From NCBI GenBank assembly GCA_030704615.1, contig CM060733.1:14632001-14696000 (forward strand): a DNA stretch of 64,000 nt. Reading direction: 5' to 3'. The position numbers were made by a program, and so were the translations under genes. The notes beneath the pieces were generated by a model, which saw only the letters and a list, made by a program, of their open reading frames with translations, ran no database searches and was not told where the DNA came from. Shown here one piece after another: positions 36,501 to 47,379 of the stretch. This DNA is from Takakia lepidozioides. Taxonomy: Eukaryota > Plantae > Bryophyta. Each line of letters begins with the position of its first letter. Position 1 is the stretch's first letter.

Positions 36501-39500
36501 CCTCTCAGCACTGTTCATCAACGGCTAGCATAGTACACAGGTGAATCTATATTTCCCTGTAACATTCTGGGCTAACACCGCACCCAACGCTTCTCCTGAT
36601 GCATCGCATGAACATGAAATACTACATGCCAGTGAGGGTTAATCAGCACAGGTGTAGTTGTTACTGACAGTGTAAGTTCCTCAAAACGCCTGTTGACATT
36701 CAGCTGTCCAGGCAAACACTGCATCTTTCTTCAGAAGCTTGCTCAATGGTGCTGCTATTGTGCATACTACCTTTTGACAAATCTTCTGTAATAACTGGTT
36801 TGCCCAAGGAATCTCCGTAGACTTTTAACATTCACTGGTGGTGGAGAGGCTTTAATGGACTCTGTCTTCCTGGGATCCACAAGGAGTCCCTTCTTACACA
36901 CAATGTGTCCCAGAAGCACCCCTGAGTTCACACAGAAAGTACACTTCTCTGGATTCAGGCCCAGACCTCTCATCCTGCATCTGGCCAAACATAACTCCAA
37001 TTTATGCAAGTGCTCACTCTTAGAGCTGTACACACTGAAATCATCCAAGAATACCTGCATGAAATCATCCAGATACTCATGAAAAGATTCACTTATCACT
37101 CTCTGAAAGGTCGCTGGTGCATTACAAAGTCCAAAGGGCATGACTTTGTATGCATAAGCCCCCAGTCTGTGATGAAAGCTGTTTTCCCTTGGTCTTCTTC
37201 TGCCACTTGCACTTGATTATAACCACTGAAGCCATCCATGAATGAGTACATCTCATGGCCTGCCACAGTGTCTAATACTGCTTCTGTGAATGGCAAAGGG
37301 AAAGGATCTTTCTTCGTACAAGCATTCAGCTTCTTATAGTTCACACATACTCTTAGTTTGCCATTCTTCTTGGGAACTATAACAATGGGTGACAACCAAG
37401 TTGTATACTCTATTGGGTATATAAACTTAGCCTCAGCCAACTTCTTTATCTCTTCTCCAACCTTCTGTGCGTAGTTGGGATTCATTCTATACCTCGCCTG
37501 CTTGATTGGTACTGACCCTGGTTCCAGTTCAATCTTATGCTGACAGACTTCAGGTGGTATCCCTTTTAGATCCTCATAGCTCCAAGCAAATACATCTCTG
37601 TATTTGATGAACAAGCTTTTAGCTTCTTCGAAGAATTCGGCTCCAAATCAGCTCCTACTTTCACCATCCTCGGTTCCTCCTTAGTTCCCACATTTACTTC
37701 TCACCTGCTCATCAGCTGTGATTGTCCAACCAGTCACCACTTCATCCTGTAAGCTCACAGTGGCTGGTTCTTCTAGGATTTCTATTTCTCCTTCTCTTCT
37801 TCATAGAAATGTGATGGGTAAATGCTGGTTTCCTCTTCAGTTGGTGTTGCTGTCACTACACCACAGCAGATACCTCTCAACAACTTAGGCTTTCCAGCCG
37901 CATCTGCAACCTGCTCCCACTCTGGGTGTGCAGCAAATAGGGTAGCTTCCTGCTCCTCATCCAGTCCTCCTCTCCAGTCATACTCTCTGACTCCTCGAGG
38001 TCTTCTTGTAGCAGGTAATCTACTAGATTTCTTTGTAATTTGTATCTCGTGTATCCCATTATGCACGGTTAGTAACTGAGAATTCCAGTCATGGAATACC
38101 CTGGCCTGTTTCAGCCACGGACGTCCCAATAATAAGGAGTAAGCCTCCATGACTTCATCCATTTTTAATACAGTTACTGTGATCATAAAGAATTTTCTGT
38201 ATCTGTATCTTAACTCCTCTTATTAATCCCAATGGCTGCACACTCTTTGATCTGCCATTGTTACTGTAAATGGGGCTGGTTTCATGTTACTTAGACCAAG
38301 CTTCTTCCTTAATTGGTCTGTCATGATATTTACTCCAGAACCACCATCTATCAGTACATCAGTTAGTTCTGTGCTTCCAATTCTCAATTGGATTACTGGC
38401 ATAGAATCATCAAAGTCCATGACTGGTTCTCGCCCTTCCGGCTTCACATTATAACTGGTCACCTTGCTGTTCAGGTCTGTGTTTCCTGTCTCTTGGGCAA
38501 TTCGATTGATTGCTTGATACAGCCTGTGCCTACAATAAGGTGCCACAGCTAATAGCTGTCCAATGGTAATTTCTGCTTTGGTCTGACATATTACTTCAGC
38601 CAAAGTCTCTTCATTACTTTGCATGTCTGCATCTTTTTTTCCTTTCTTCCTCACTCCCTTCTTTTTCTCCATCCGAATCAGAGGAATCTGCCACAGGAAT
38701 ATCAGTACTCTTTTGCATTTCCCTTATAGTATCTGCCACTTCCTTGTGCAGTTCCTTCTCATCTTTCCAAGTCTCTTCATCTTCAGGCATATCATTGCCA
38801 CTTCCAGTCTCATCTTCTTCCTCTTCTACTGGAGGTATTAGTTTGGCTTTACTTCTTGTTACTATCATTGTACTTACTTCTGGTACAACACATGGCCTAA
38901 CCATGTGAGCTGCCACCACTGGGCCCTCATTCACAGGAGCTCTCATCTCATTCTGGTGTCTTATCCAGAATGAACAGGCTGCCTTGCGATGTCCTGGCTG
39001 ATTACAATAGTAACATAGCTCTTCACCATTGGGTCCTCGCCCTTGGTCTGTTCTTGGATTATTTCTATAATCCTGATTCCCGGGCTGGTAATTCCCCCTT
39101 GGATTACCCTGATAGTTGCCTCTGGAATTTCCTTGGTAATTCCCTCTTGAATTACCTCTCCCTTCCATGCCATTGTTATAACCACCAGACCTACCATAGT
39201 GGTCCTGATCATTGTTTCTTCTTGGCTGGGGCTGCACCTGATGCACCCTTACTTGCCTAGGTTCTCTTGCAGCTGTCCTTCTGTTGTAGTAACAATTCTC
39301 AGTAGAATGGTTATCCATTTTACAGATAGTACAGTGTTTCTCCTTCATGTGGCATTCTGTGGTGGTATGGCCTTCATTCTGGCACTTTGCACACCATACA
39401 CCCTTCCTCCAATGTGTTGCAGCCTCTGTGGCATACTTCTTCAAGATTTCTTCCAATTTTTTTCATAGTTATCCCTCTTCAACTTCTCCTTTCTCTTACT

Positions 39501-40933
39501 CTTTTCTTTTAGTTCTTGCTCTTCTTCTTCATCTGACTCATCCTCAGAGTCCTCATCTTCTTTTTTCTCTCTCCTGAGCATTCCCAATTGCTCAATTCTG
39601 TTTGCAGTTTCAAATGCCTCCTCCACTGTATTATGGGGTAACATATCCACTTTCTTTTGCAACTCTGGTCTTACACTCACAAACCAATCCACTTTCTTTT
39701 GCAACTGGGCGCTGGTACTGCAGCCAGCTTTTTCATCATCAATTCCATCTTCTCCATATACTCTTCAACAGTTTCATGCTTCTTCTGCTTCAGCTGTTGT
39801 AAACTTCCATACACTTCATCCTCAGTTTTACTTGTCCTGAACCTATTTCGAAATGCTGTATTCAAGCCATTCCAGGTTAGGAAATGATTATCAGGGAATC
39901 TTGCATACCATTCACTTGCTTTCTTGATAAGTGAACAAGGAAACAGTCTCATCTTGGCATCATCGCCATTCTCATTGTTCACTATACACATGTGCTCAAA
40001 TTGGCTAATGTGTACATCGGGATCCCCTTTTCCTGAATATATTGGAAAGGGTGGTTTTGCCCGTGTTGGTTGTAACGCCATCTGTGGCCCTACCTTCTGC
40101 CCACTGACAGGTGCTGGCACCCTTGCTGGTGCTGGTCCTTCTGGACCTGTTGTTTTTGTGGTGGATCTTCCACCAAGTGGTGGCCCTTGAGCACTCCTTG
40201 CTTCTGGCCCCACGATATTCACAGTATTCCCAGCTTCAGTTGCACTACTTCCCACACTCCCTGTCCCCCCAGAGCCAGATCCAGGCAGCCCGCCTGATCC
40301 CCCTGAGCCGACACCTTCGTTGGCCTGTGATCCAAGTGCTCCACTTGATCCAGGTCCAACGGGTTGGGATGTCCTGGTTGTAGTCTCAACCTCAGCTGTT
40401 GGGTCTACTTCTTCATATTCTTCCTCTTCTAATTTCTTCTCTCTGTTTTCATCCTCCAAGTTCTGCCCTTGGGTTTCTTCTTCACTCATGTAACTCAACT
40501 GTAATGGTGTTGGAGAGTCTGAACTCTCCGTTGGCTCTGCCACATCCTCTTCTCCTTCTTCATCTTCTGCTTCAGAAACTGGAGTTCCTGCTTTTGGTGT
40601 TCCATGCCAACTCTTATCAAAGATTTCTGTCAAGTCTTTTATCCAAGGATGTACCTCAGATCTTTCACCTCGTGATTGATCTTCTTCCTGTACCAATTCC
40701 CTTAATCTTTCTTGCAAAGAAACAGAAGGAGTGGCATCCAACTCTAGTTCTTCCGGTATAGGTGATGCACTCTTTGATCTTGATGGTGTGAGAGGTCCAG
40801 ATGATTCCCCTATGTCTATTCCTCTCTCCCAAAGATATGGATAATTAGCTTTCAGATAGCTTTCTCTTTTTGCTGAATATCTCTGTCGTCTAGCTTCTCT
40901 TTCATCACTCATGTCCCATGTCTTTCATTTCTT

Positions 40934-41629
40934 TTAATGTGGCAATAACCAAAACTCTCTTCTGTAATATCTCTCGTATATGCCTGGGTTTCTTTCAAGC
41001 TTCAATGCACCCTTGGCTATACTTGAAGTCTCCGTTACCATATAACCATATGGCAAACAAGTCTGAAAAGCTGTTCTTGGTGTGAGTTTGATCCACAAAA
41101 TATCCTTTGGAATCCAATTCTTTACCAGTACAAGCTCTTCATGCATATGAGTATAAACATTCACCTTTCTTTCTTCCCAGCCTTCAAACTCTACTCGTTT
41201 AATGGATAGCAATGCTATCACATAAACCAATGTTGGTAACCAACGTGCTCTTCCTCTACAGGCTACCTGATAAATCTTTATCACTCCTTTCTCCAGACCC
41301 CATTCTGGATCAGCATCATGCACTCGTTTAAGAATATTTTCTTTACAACCGTCTGGCAATTCCAAGAACCTTTGAAAGAATTGTTTGGACAATCTTTCTT
41401 CCTTCGTTCCACAGGGAATTTGATTCACTTCAAATTCTTTAATGGTCCAACCACCATGATCCCACCAGATGCCTGTCACATCTGGTTGTTCATGTCCCAG
41501 GTCCCCAGTATGGTCGCCAAATGTCGCGCGGCTTTTACTCACCCATCCCTTCGCTATCCGAGGCGGAAACTCCAAGATAGAAGAGTTGGAAATCTCTAAG
41601 TACTCAGCCCGCGCAGAACAATCAGTCAT
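40934..41629 (-). CDS. Upstream extra ORF of copy A (231 aa, unknown function)
   Basis: Intact and nearly identical to 46663..47358. Confidence 0.55.
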   Translation of the reverse strand: MTDCSARAEYLEISNSSILEFPPRIAKGWVSKSRATFGDHTGDLGHEQPDVTGIWWDHGGWTIKEFEVNQIPCGTKEERLSKQFFQRFLELPDGCKENILKRVHDADPEWGLEKGVIKIYQVACRGRARWLPTLVYVIALLSIKRVEFEGWEERKVNVYTHMHEELVLVKNWIPKDILWIKLTPRTAFQTCLPYGYMVTETSSIAKGALKLERNPGIYERYYRREFWLLPH

Positions 41630-42578
41630 GACCTACAGCTAGTGTATCATGGGGGTGTTTCCTATTTGTTTCCCTTTCCGCATTCATCTTAGCTACCTTA
41701 CCATTGATAATTAAGTATCAGTTTGCTTCATCAATCTATCGGTTTCCTTCACTCATCCATTCAATCCACAGCTTCACTCAGATCTCTCTACACAGTGTGA
41801 TTGTATCGTATAAGTATCAGATTATGATTTATCAGGTATCAGGCCGAAGCCATTGTGTCTCTAATCTGCTCTACAATATCACTACAGCTTTGCATATAAC
41901 AAGCATCTACTAATCCTCTTTCCTCCTTCACCGTGCTCTCCATCTTTGCTTCCGATCTCCGCTCCAGCCTGACTAAGAAGTCCTCCTCCGAATAATGATC
42001 CCCTCTTCATTCCCCGTTTTCCCTTTATCTTCCTATCCGCGGTTCTAACCGTTTCCCTCACTAACCGTCGTCTGTGAACTAACATGTTCCCTTCGCAGGT
42101 GTTGTTCCCCACAGTCGTTCCCTGTCCTACTCTTCGTTCCCTATGATCGTGACAGCTGTGTCAAGCTGTGACTGGCTGTGTGAAACTGTGACGGGCTGTG
42201 ACTGGCTGTGCGACTGTGTTTGGCTGTGTCGGGCTGTGACTGGCTGTGTGGCTGTGCCGGGCTGTGTCGGCTGTGTCGGCTGTGTCGGCTGTGTGGCTGT
42301 GTGGCTGTGACGACTGTGACGACTGTGACGGGCTGTGTTGGCTGTGTTGGCTGTGTGGACTGTGACGACTGTGACGATTGTGACGGGCTGTGTTGGCTGT
42401 GTTGGCTGTGTGGACTGTGACGGCTGTGTTGGCTGTGACGACTGTGACGGCTGTGTAACCCCCCTCTACAGTGCGCTGCTGTCACCCCTAAGGCTCCTGT
42501 TGGTCTCAGTCTGTGCAAAAATTAAGGGTACCCTACAGATCCCGTATAAGTGTCTAAGTCCCCTACAGTCCTCTAACA
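41522..42578 (-). repeat. 5' LTR of copy A (1057 bp)
   Basis: TGTCGCGCGG...CTCTAACA, adjacent to the PBS. Confidence 0.95.
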
Positions 42579-43059
42579 CGGCGCAGAGAGCAGCCCGAAG
42601 CGCAAAGGGTCCCCGGCAATTGGGGAGTCTTCTGGAGCAGCCAAGAAAAAGGTGAAATCTTTAAGACCCACATTTGTGTTTCGTTGCTGATATGAATATA
42701 GCCCACACAGGACATCTGCACCAGGCTGAAAGCACCGCAAACTGGAAGCTCAACAGTGTGCGGCAACGCACACTGTTGGGCCTACCAATTTGCTTGATTG
42801 TTCAGGTGCAAAACGCCCAAACTTGGGCACTACACCAGGTTCAATACAACCCAAATTGCAAGCTCAATCAGTGTGAGTTGGGCTGAACATTTCACTGTTG
42901 TTTCCGTCTGGATATCGGTTTTCCAGGATATGTATGTCAGGACGAGAGAACCCTTCAGTGGAACCTCAAACAGTGTGCGAGCTCTACATGTCACGGTTTT
43001 CTCCGTGTTGAATTCGGTATTTAGGGCACGTTTCTGAGGATGAAAGAATCCCTCACTGG

Positions 43060-44831
43060 CAGCTCAAACAGTGTGCGTTGACGCACACTGTTTGAGCTGT
43101 ACATGTCACTGTATTTTTGGTGTTAATTCGGACTTCCAGGGCAGGTTTATGATGATCAAATAACCATTCAGAGGCAGCTCAAACAGTGTGCGTTGGCGCA
43201 CACTGTTTGAGCTCTACATGTCACGGTTTTCTCCGTGTTGAATTCGGCATTTAGGTCACGTTTCTGAGGATGAAATAATCCCTCACTGGCAGCTCAAACA
43301 GTGTGCGTCAACGCACACTGTTTGAGCTCTACATATAAGTGTTTTTTCCAAGTTAAATTCGGACTTCCAGGGCAGGTTTCTGAGGATGGAAGAATCCCTC
43401 ACAGGCAGCTCAAACAGTGTGCATCAACGCACACTGTTTGAGCTGTACATGTCACTGTTTTTTTGGTGTTAAATTTGGACTTCCAGGGCAGGTTTATGAT
43501 GATCAAATAACCATTCAGAGGCAGCTCAAACAGTGTGTGTTGGCGCACACTGTTTGAGCTGAACATGTAAGTGTTTTTTCCGATTTAAATTCGACCTTTA
43601 AGGCACGTTTCTGAGGATGAAACAATCCCTCACTGGCAGCTCAAACAGTGTGCGTCAACGCACACTGTTTGAGCTGTACATGTCACTGTGTTTTTGGTGT
43701 TAAATTTGGACTTCCAGGGCAGGTTTATGATGATCAAATAACCATTCAGAGGCAGCTCAAACAGTGTGCATTGGCGCACACTGTTTAAGCTGAACATGTA
43801 AGTGTTTTTTCCGATTTAAATTCGACCTTTAGGGCACGTTTCTGGGGATGAATTAATCCCTCACAGGCAGCTCAAACAGTGTACGTCAGCGCACACTGTT
43901 TGAGCTGTACATGTCACTGTTTTTTTGGTGTTAAATTCGGACTTCCAGGGCAGGTTTATGATGATCAAATAACCATTCAGTGGCAGCTCAAACAGTGTGC
44001 GCCAATGCACACTGTTTGAGGTGAACATGTAAGTGTTTTTTCCGATTTAAATTCGACCTTTAGGGCATGTTTCTGAGGATGAAACAATCCCTCACTGGCA
44101 GCTCAAACAGTGTGCGTCAACGCACACTGTTTGAGCTGTACATGTCACTATGTTTTTGGTGTTAAATTCGGACTTCCAGGGCAGGTTTATAATGATCAAA
44201 TAACCATTCAGAGGCAGCTCAAACAGTGTGCGTTGGCGCACACTGTTTGAGCTGAACATGTAAGTGTTTTTTCCGATTTTAACTCGACCTTTAGGGCACG
44301 TTTCTGGGGATGAATTAATCCCTCACAGGCAGCTCAAACAGTGTGCGTCAACGCACACTGTTTGAGCTGTACATGTCACTGTTTTTTTGGTGTTACATTC
44401 GGACTTCCAGGGCAGGTTTATGATGATCAAATAACCATTCAGTGGCAGCTCAAACAGTGTGCGTTGGCGCACACTGTTTAGCTGAACATATAAGTGTTTT
44501 TTCCGATTTAAATTCGACCTTTAGGGCACGTTTCTGAGGATGAAACAATCCCTCACTGGCAGCTCAAACAGTGTGCGTCAACGCACACTGTTTGAGCTGT
44601 ACATGTCACTGTGTTTTTGGTGTTAAATTCGGACTTCCAGGGCAGGTTTATGATGATCAAATAACCATTCAGAGGCAGCTCAAACAGTGTGCGTTGGCGC
44701 ACACTGTTTGAGCTGAACATGTAAGTGTTTTTTCCAAGTTAAATTCGGACTTCCAGGGCAGGTTTCTGAGGATGGAAGAATCCCTCACTGGCAACTCAAA
44801 CAGTGTGCGTCAACGCACACTGTTTGAGCTG
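43060..44831. repeat. Tandem array of 16 40-bp palindromes, ~115-bp period, two alternating spacer types (~231-bp higher-order unit)
   Basis: CAGCTCAAACAGTGTGCG-N4-CGCACACTGTTTGAGCTG starts at 43060, 43175, 43290, 43406, 43522, 43637, 43753, 43868, 43984, 44099, 44215, 44330, 44446, 44560, 44676 and 44792. Degenerate copies at ~42748, ~42861, ~42964, ~44955 and ~45068. Confidence 0.97.
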
Positions 44832-45790
44832 AACATGTCACACTGTTCGAACTCACCTTTTCACTTTTTTCATCCGAAATCGGCCGCATATCTTGGAGTT
44901 TACAATGAACACTTACCTGGGACAAGTAGGTGTTCAATGATCATTTACCTGGCAAGTGAAAAAGTGTGAGTCAACGCACACTGTTTGAGCCCACTTTTAC
45001 ATTGTCTTTTTCTGTGGAATTCGGCAACATGGGACATGTCTGTGAGGGTCAATGTACACTTACTTGGCAGCTTAAAATAGTGTACGTCAACGCACACTAT
45101 TTGAGCCCACTTTTTCATGCCTCAGCCGACGTTTCATGCCTCTCTAATATCAAGTTGAATGAACAACCCTGCAGGAGAAGACGCAAAGTGTGGCAGATGA
45201 GGTCCCTTCGGGTCAGGAGAAGGAGATAATTGTTGATGTGGACGATGAGTTCTATGAAAGCAAAGCCGCTGAGATGCTGGGGGGTCAGAAGGTAAACTCT
45301 CAGCTTGTGGTGCAAAGTATGCTTGCCCCGGGTGGGAGGTTGAAGATTCCCTTGTGTAGGTTGGTTTCCATGCCCGTCGTTCGTCCACCCCTCGTGAAGG
45401 ACATTCTCAAGCTGGAGGCCGAGTTTGTTCATGGGTATTTGGATGGATCCACAGTCTTTTACGTTTCTACTAGGGATTCCAAAGGTAATGAGCTCCTCGT
45501 GGATGACTCAATCGTGGACTCCTGGGACCCCATTTGGAGACAGCTGAACGAATCCTTCGAACTTCTTCTCTCCAGGAAACCTTCCACCCAGGCATTCTCG
45601 GGAAAGATGTTTCACGTTTGGGATGGGAACCACCGCTTGCTTGCATGGATGGCTGTCATTGGGAGGCTGCACTCACAGGAGGAAGAGTGACATTACTCTG
45701 TTTGATCGATGGTGCTGGATTGTGACAAGAACATGATGGGTCTTCTGACAGCAATGAATGATGTGAACAGGTTGGTTTCTCATTCTACAT

Positions 45791-46770
45791 TGTTAGAGGA
45801 CTGTAGGGGACTTAGACACTTATACGGGATCTGTAGGGTACCCTTAATTTTGCACAGACTGAGACCAACAGGAGCCTTAGGGGTGACAGCAGCGCACTGT
45901 AGAGGGGGGTTACACAGTCGTCACAGCCGACACAGCCCGTCACAGTCGTCACAGCCCACACAGCCCACACAGCCAACACAGCCCGTCACAGCCGTCACAG
46001 TCGTCACAGCCCACACAGCCCACACAGCCCGTCACAGTCGTCACAGCAGACACAGCCCACACAGCCAGTCACAGCCCCACACAGCCAGTCACAGCCCGAC
46101 ACAGCCAAACACAGCCAGTCACCGCTTGACACAGCTGTCACGATAATAGGGAACGAATAGTAGGACAGGGAACGACTGTGGGGAACAACACCTGTGAAGG
46201 GAACATGTTAGTTCACAGACGACGGTTAGAGAGGGAAACGGTTAGAACCGCGGATAGGAGGATAAAGGGAGAAACGGGGAATGAAGGGATGATCATTATT
46301 TGGGGGAGGACTTCTGAGTGAGGCTGGAGCGGAGATCAGAGGCAAGAGATGGAGAGCACGGTGAAGGAGAAAAGAGGATTAGTAGATGCTTGTTATATGC
46401 AAAGCTATAGTGATATTGGAGAGCAGATTAGAGACATAATGGCTTCGGCCTGATACCTGATAAATCATAATCTGATACTTATAAGATACAATCACACTGT
46501 GTAGAGAGATCTGAGAGAAGCTGTGGATTGAATGGATGAGTGAAGGAAACCGATAGATTGATGAAGCAAACTGATACTTAATTATCAATGGTAAGGTAGC
46601 TAAGATGAATGCGGAAAGGGAAACAAATAGGAAACACCCCCATGATACACTAGCTGTAGGTCATGACTGATTGTTCTGCGCGGGCTGAGTACTTAGAGAT
46701 TTCCAACTCTTCTATCTTGGAGTTTCCGCCTCGGATAGCGAAGGGATGGGTGAGTAAAAGCCGCGCGACA
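45791..46770 (+). repeat. 5' LTR of copy B (980 bp) with ACAGC-type microsatellite
   Basis: TGTTAGAGG...CGCGACA. Confidence 0.95.
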
Positions 46771-47358
46771 TTTGGCGACCATACTGGGGACCTGGGACAT
46801 GAACAACCAGATGTGACAGGCATCTGGTGGGATCATGGTGGTTGGACCATTAAAGAATTTGAAGTGAATCAAATTCCCTGTGGAACGAAGGAAGAAAGAT
46901 TGTCCAAACGATTCTTTCAAAGGTTCTTGGAATTGCCAGACGGATGTAAAGAAAATATTCTTAAACGAGTGCATGATGCTGATCCAGAATGGGGTCTGGA
47001 GAAAGGAGTGATAAAGATTTATCAGGTAGCCTGTAGAGGAAGAGCACGTTGGTTACCAACATTGGTTTATGTGATAGCGTTGCTATCCATTAAACGAGTA
47101 GAGTTTGAAGGCTGGGAAGAAAGAAAGGTGAATGTTTATACTCATATGCATGAAGAGCTTGTACTGGTAAAGAATTGGATTCCAAAGGATATTTTGTGGA
47201 TCAAACTCACACCAAGAACAGCTTTTCAGACTTGTTTGCCATATGGTTATATGGTAACGGAGACTTCAAGTATAGCCAAGGGTGCATTGAAGCTTGAAAG
47301 AAACCCAGGCATATACGAGAGATATTACAGAAGAGAGTTTTGGTTATTGCCACATTAA
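46663..47358 (+). CDS. Upstream extra ORF of copy B (231 aa, unknown function)
   Basis: Starts in the LTR, crosses the PBS and ends 21 nt before the gag ATG; intact in both copies. Confidence 0.55.
   Translation: MTDCSARAEYLEISNSSILEFPPRIAKGWVSKSRATFGDHTGDLGHEQPDVTGIWWDHGGWTIKEFEVNQIPCGTKEERLSKRFFQRFLELPDGCKENILKRVHDADPEWGLEKGVIKIYQVACRGRARWLPTLVYVIALLSIKRVEFEGWEERKVNVYTHMHEELVLVKNWIPKDILWIKLTPRTAFQTCLPYGYMVTETSSIAKGALKLERNPGIYERYYRREFWLLPH
46773..46790 (+). promoter_or_regulatory. tRNA primer-binding site
   Basis: TGGCGACCATACTGGGGA lies 2 nt after the LTR. It resembles Arg-tRNA-type PBSs of Tat/Ogre elements; tRNA identity not verified. Confidence 0.8.
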
Positions 47359-47379
47359 AAGAAATGAAAGACATGGGAC

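Larger units (their letters stand above)
29577..42578 (-). mobile_element. Full-length Ty3/gypsy (non-chromovirus) LTR retrotransposon, copy A, indel-rich
   Basis: TG...CA LTRs at 29577-30533 and 41522-42578. TSD CGGCG at 29572-29576 and 42579-42583. PBS TGGCGACCATACTGGGGA, PPT at 30537-30550. Gag-PR-RT-RH-INT fragments; reverse complement of copy B. Confidence 0.97.

Noticed and set aside
43060-44831. CRISPR array (palindromic repeats with regular spacers)
   Set aside because: The spacers are ~75 bp and are themselves repeats of two alternating types rather than unique sequences. There are no cas genes and the context is eukaryotic.
45709-46146. ORFs 45709..46146, 58930..59388, 29333..29635 and 15117..15698 as standalone genes
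   Set aside because: They are chimeric read-throughs across LTR junctions; only part of each is real exon or element coding sequence.
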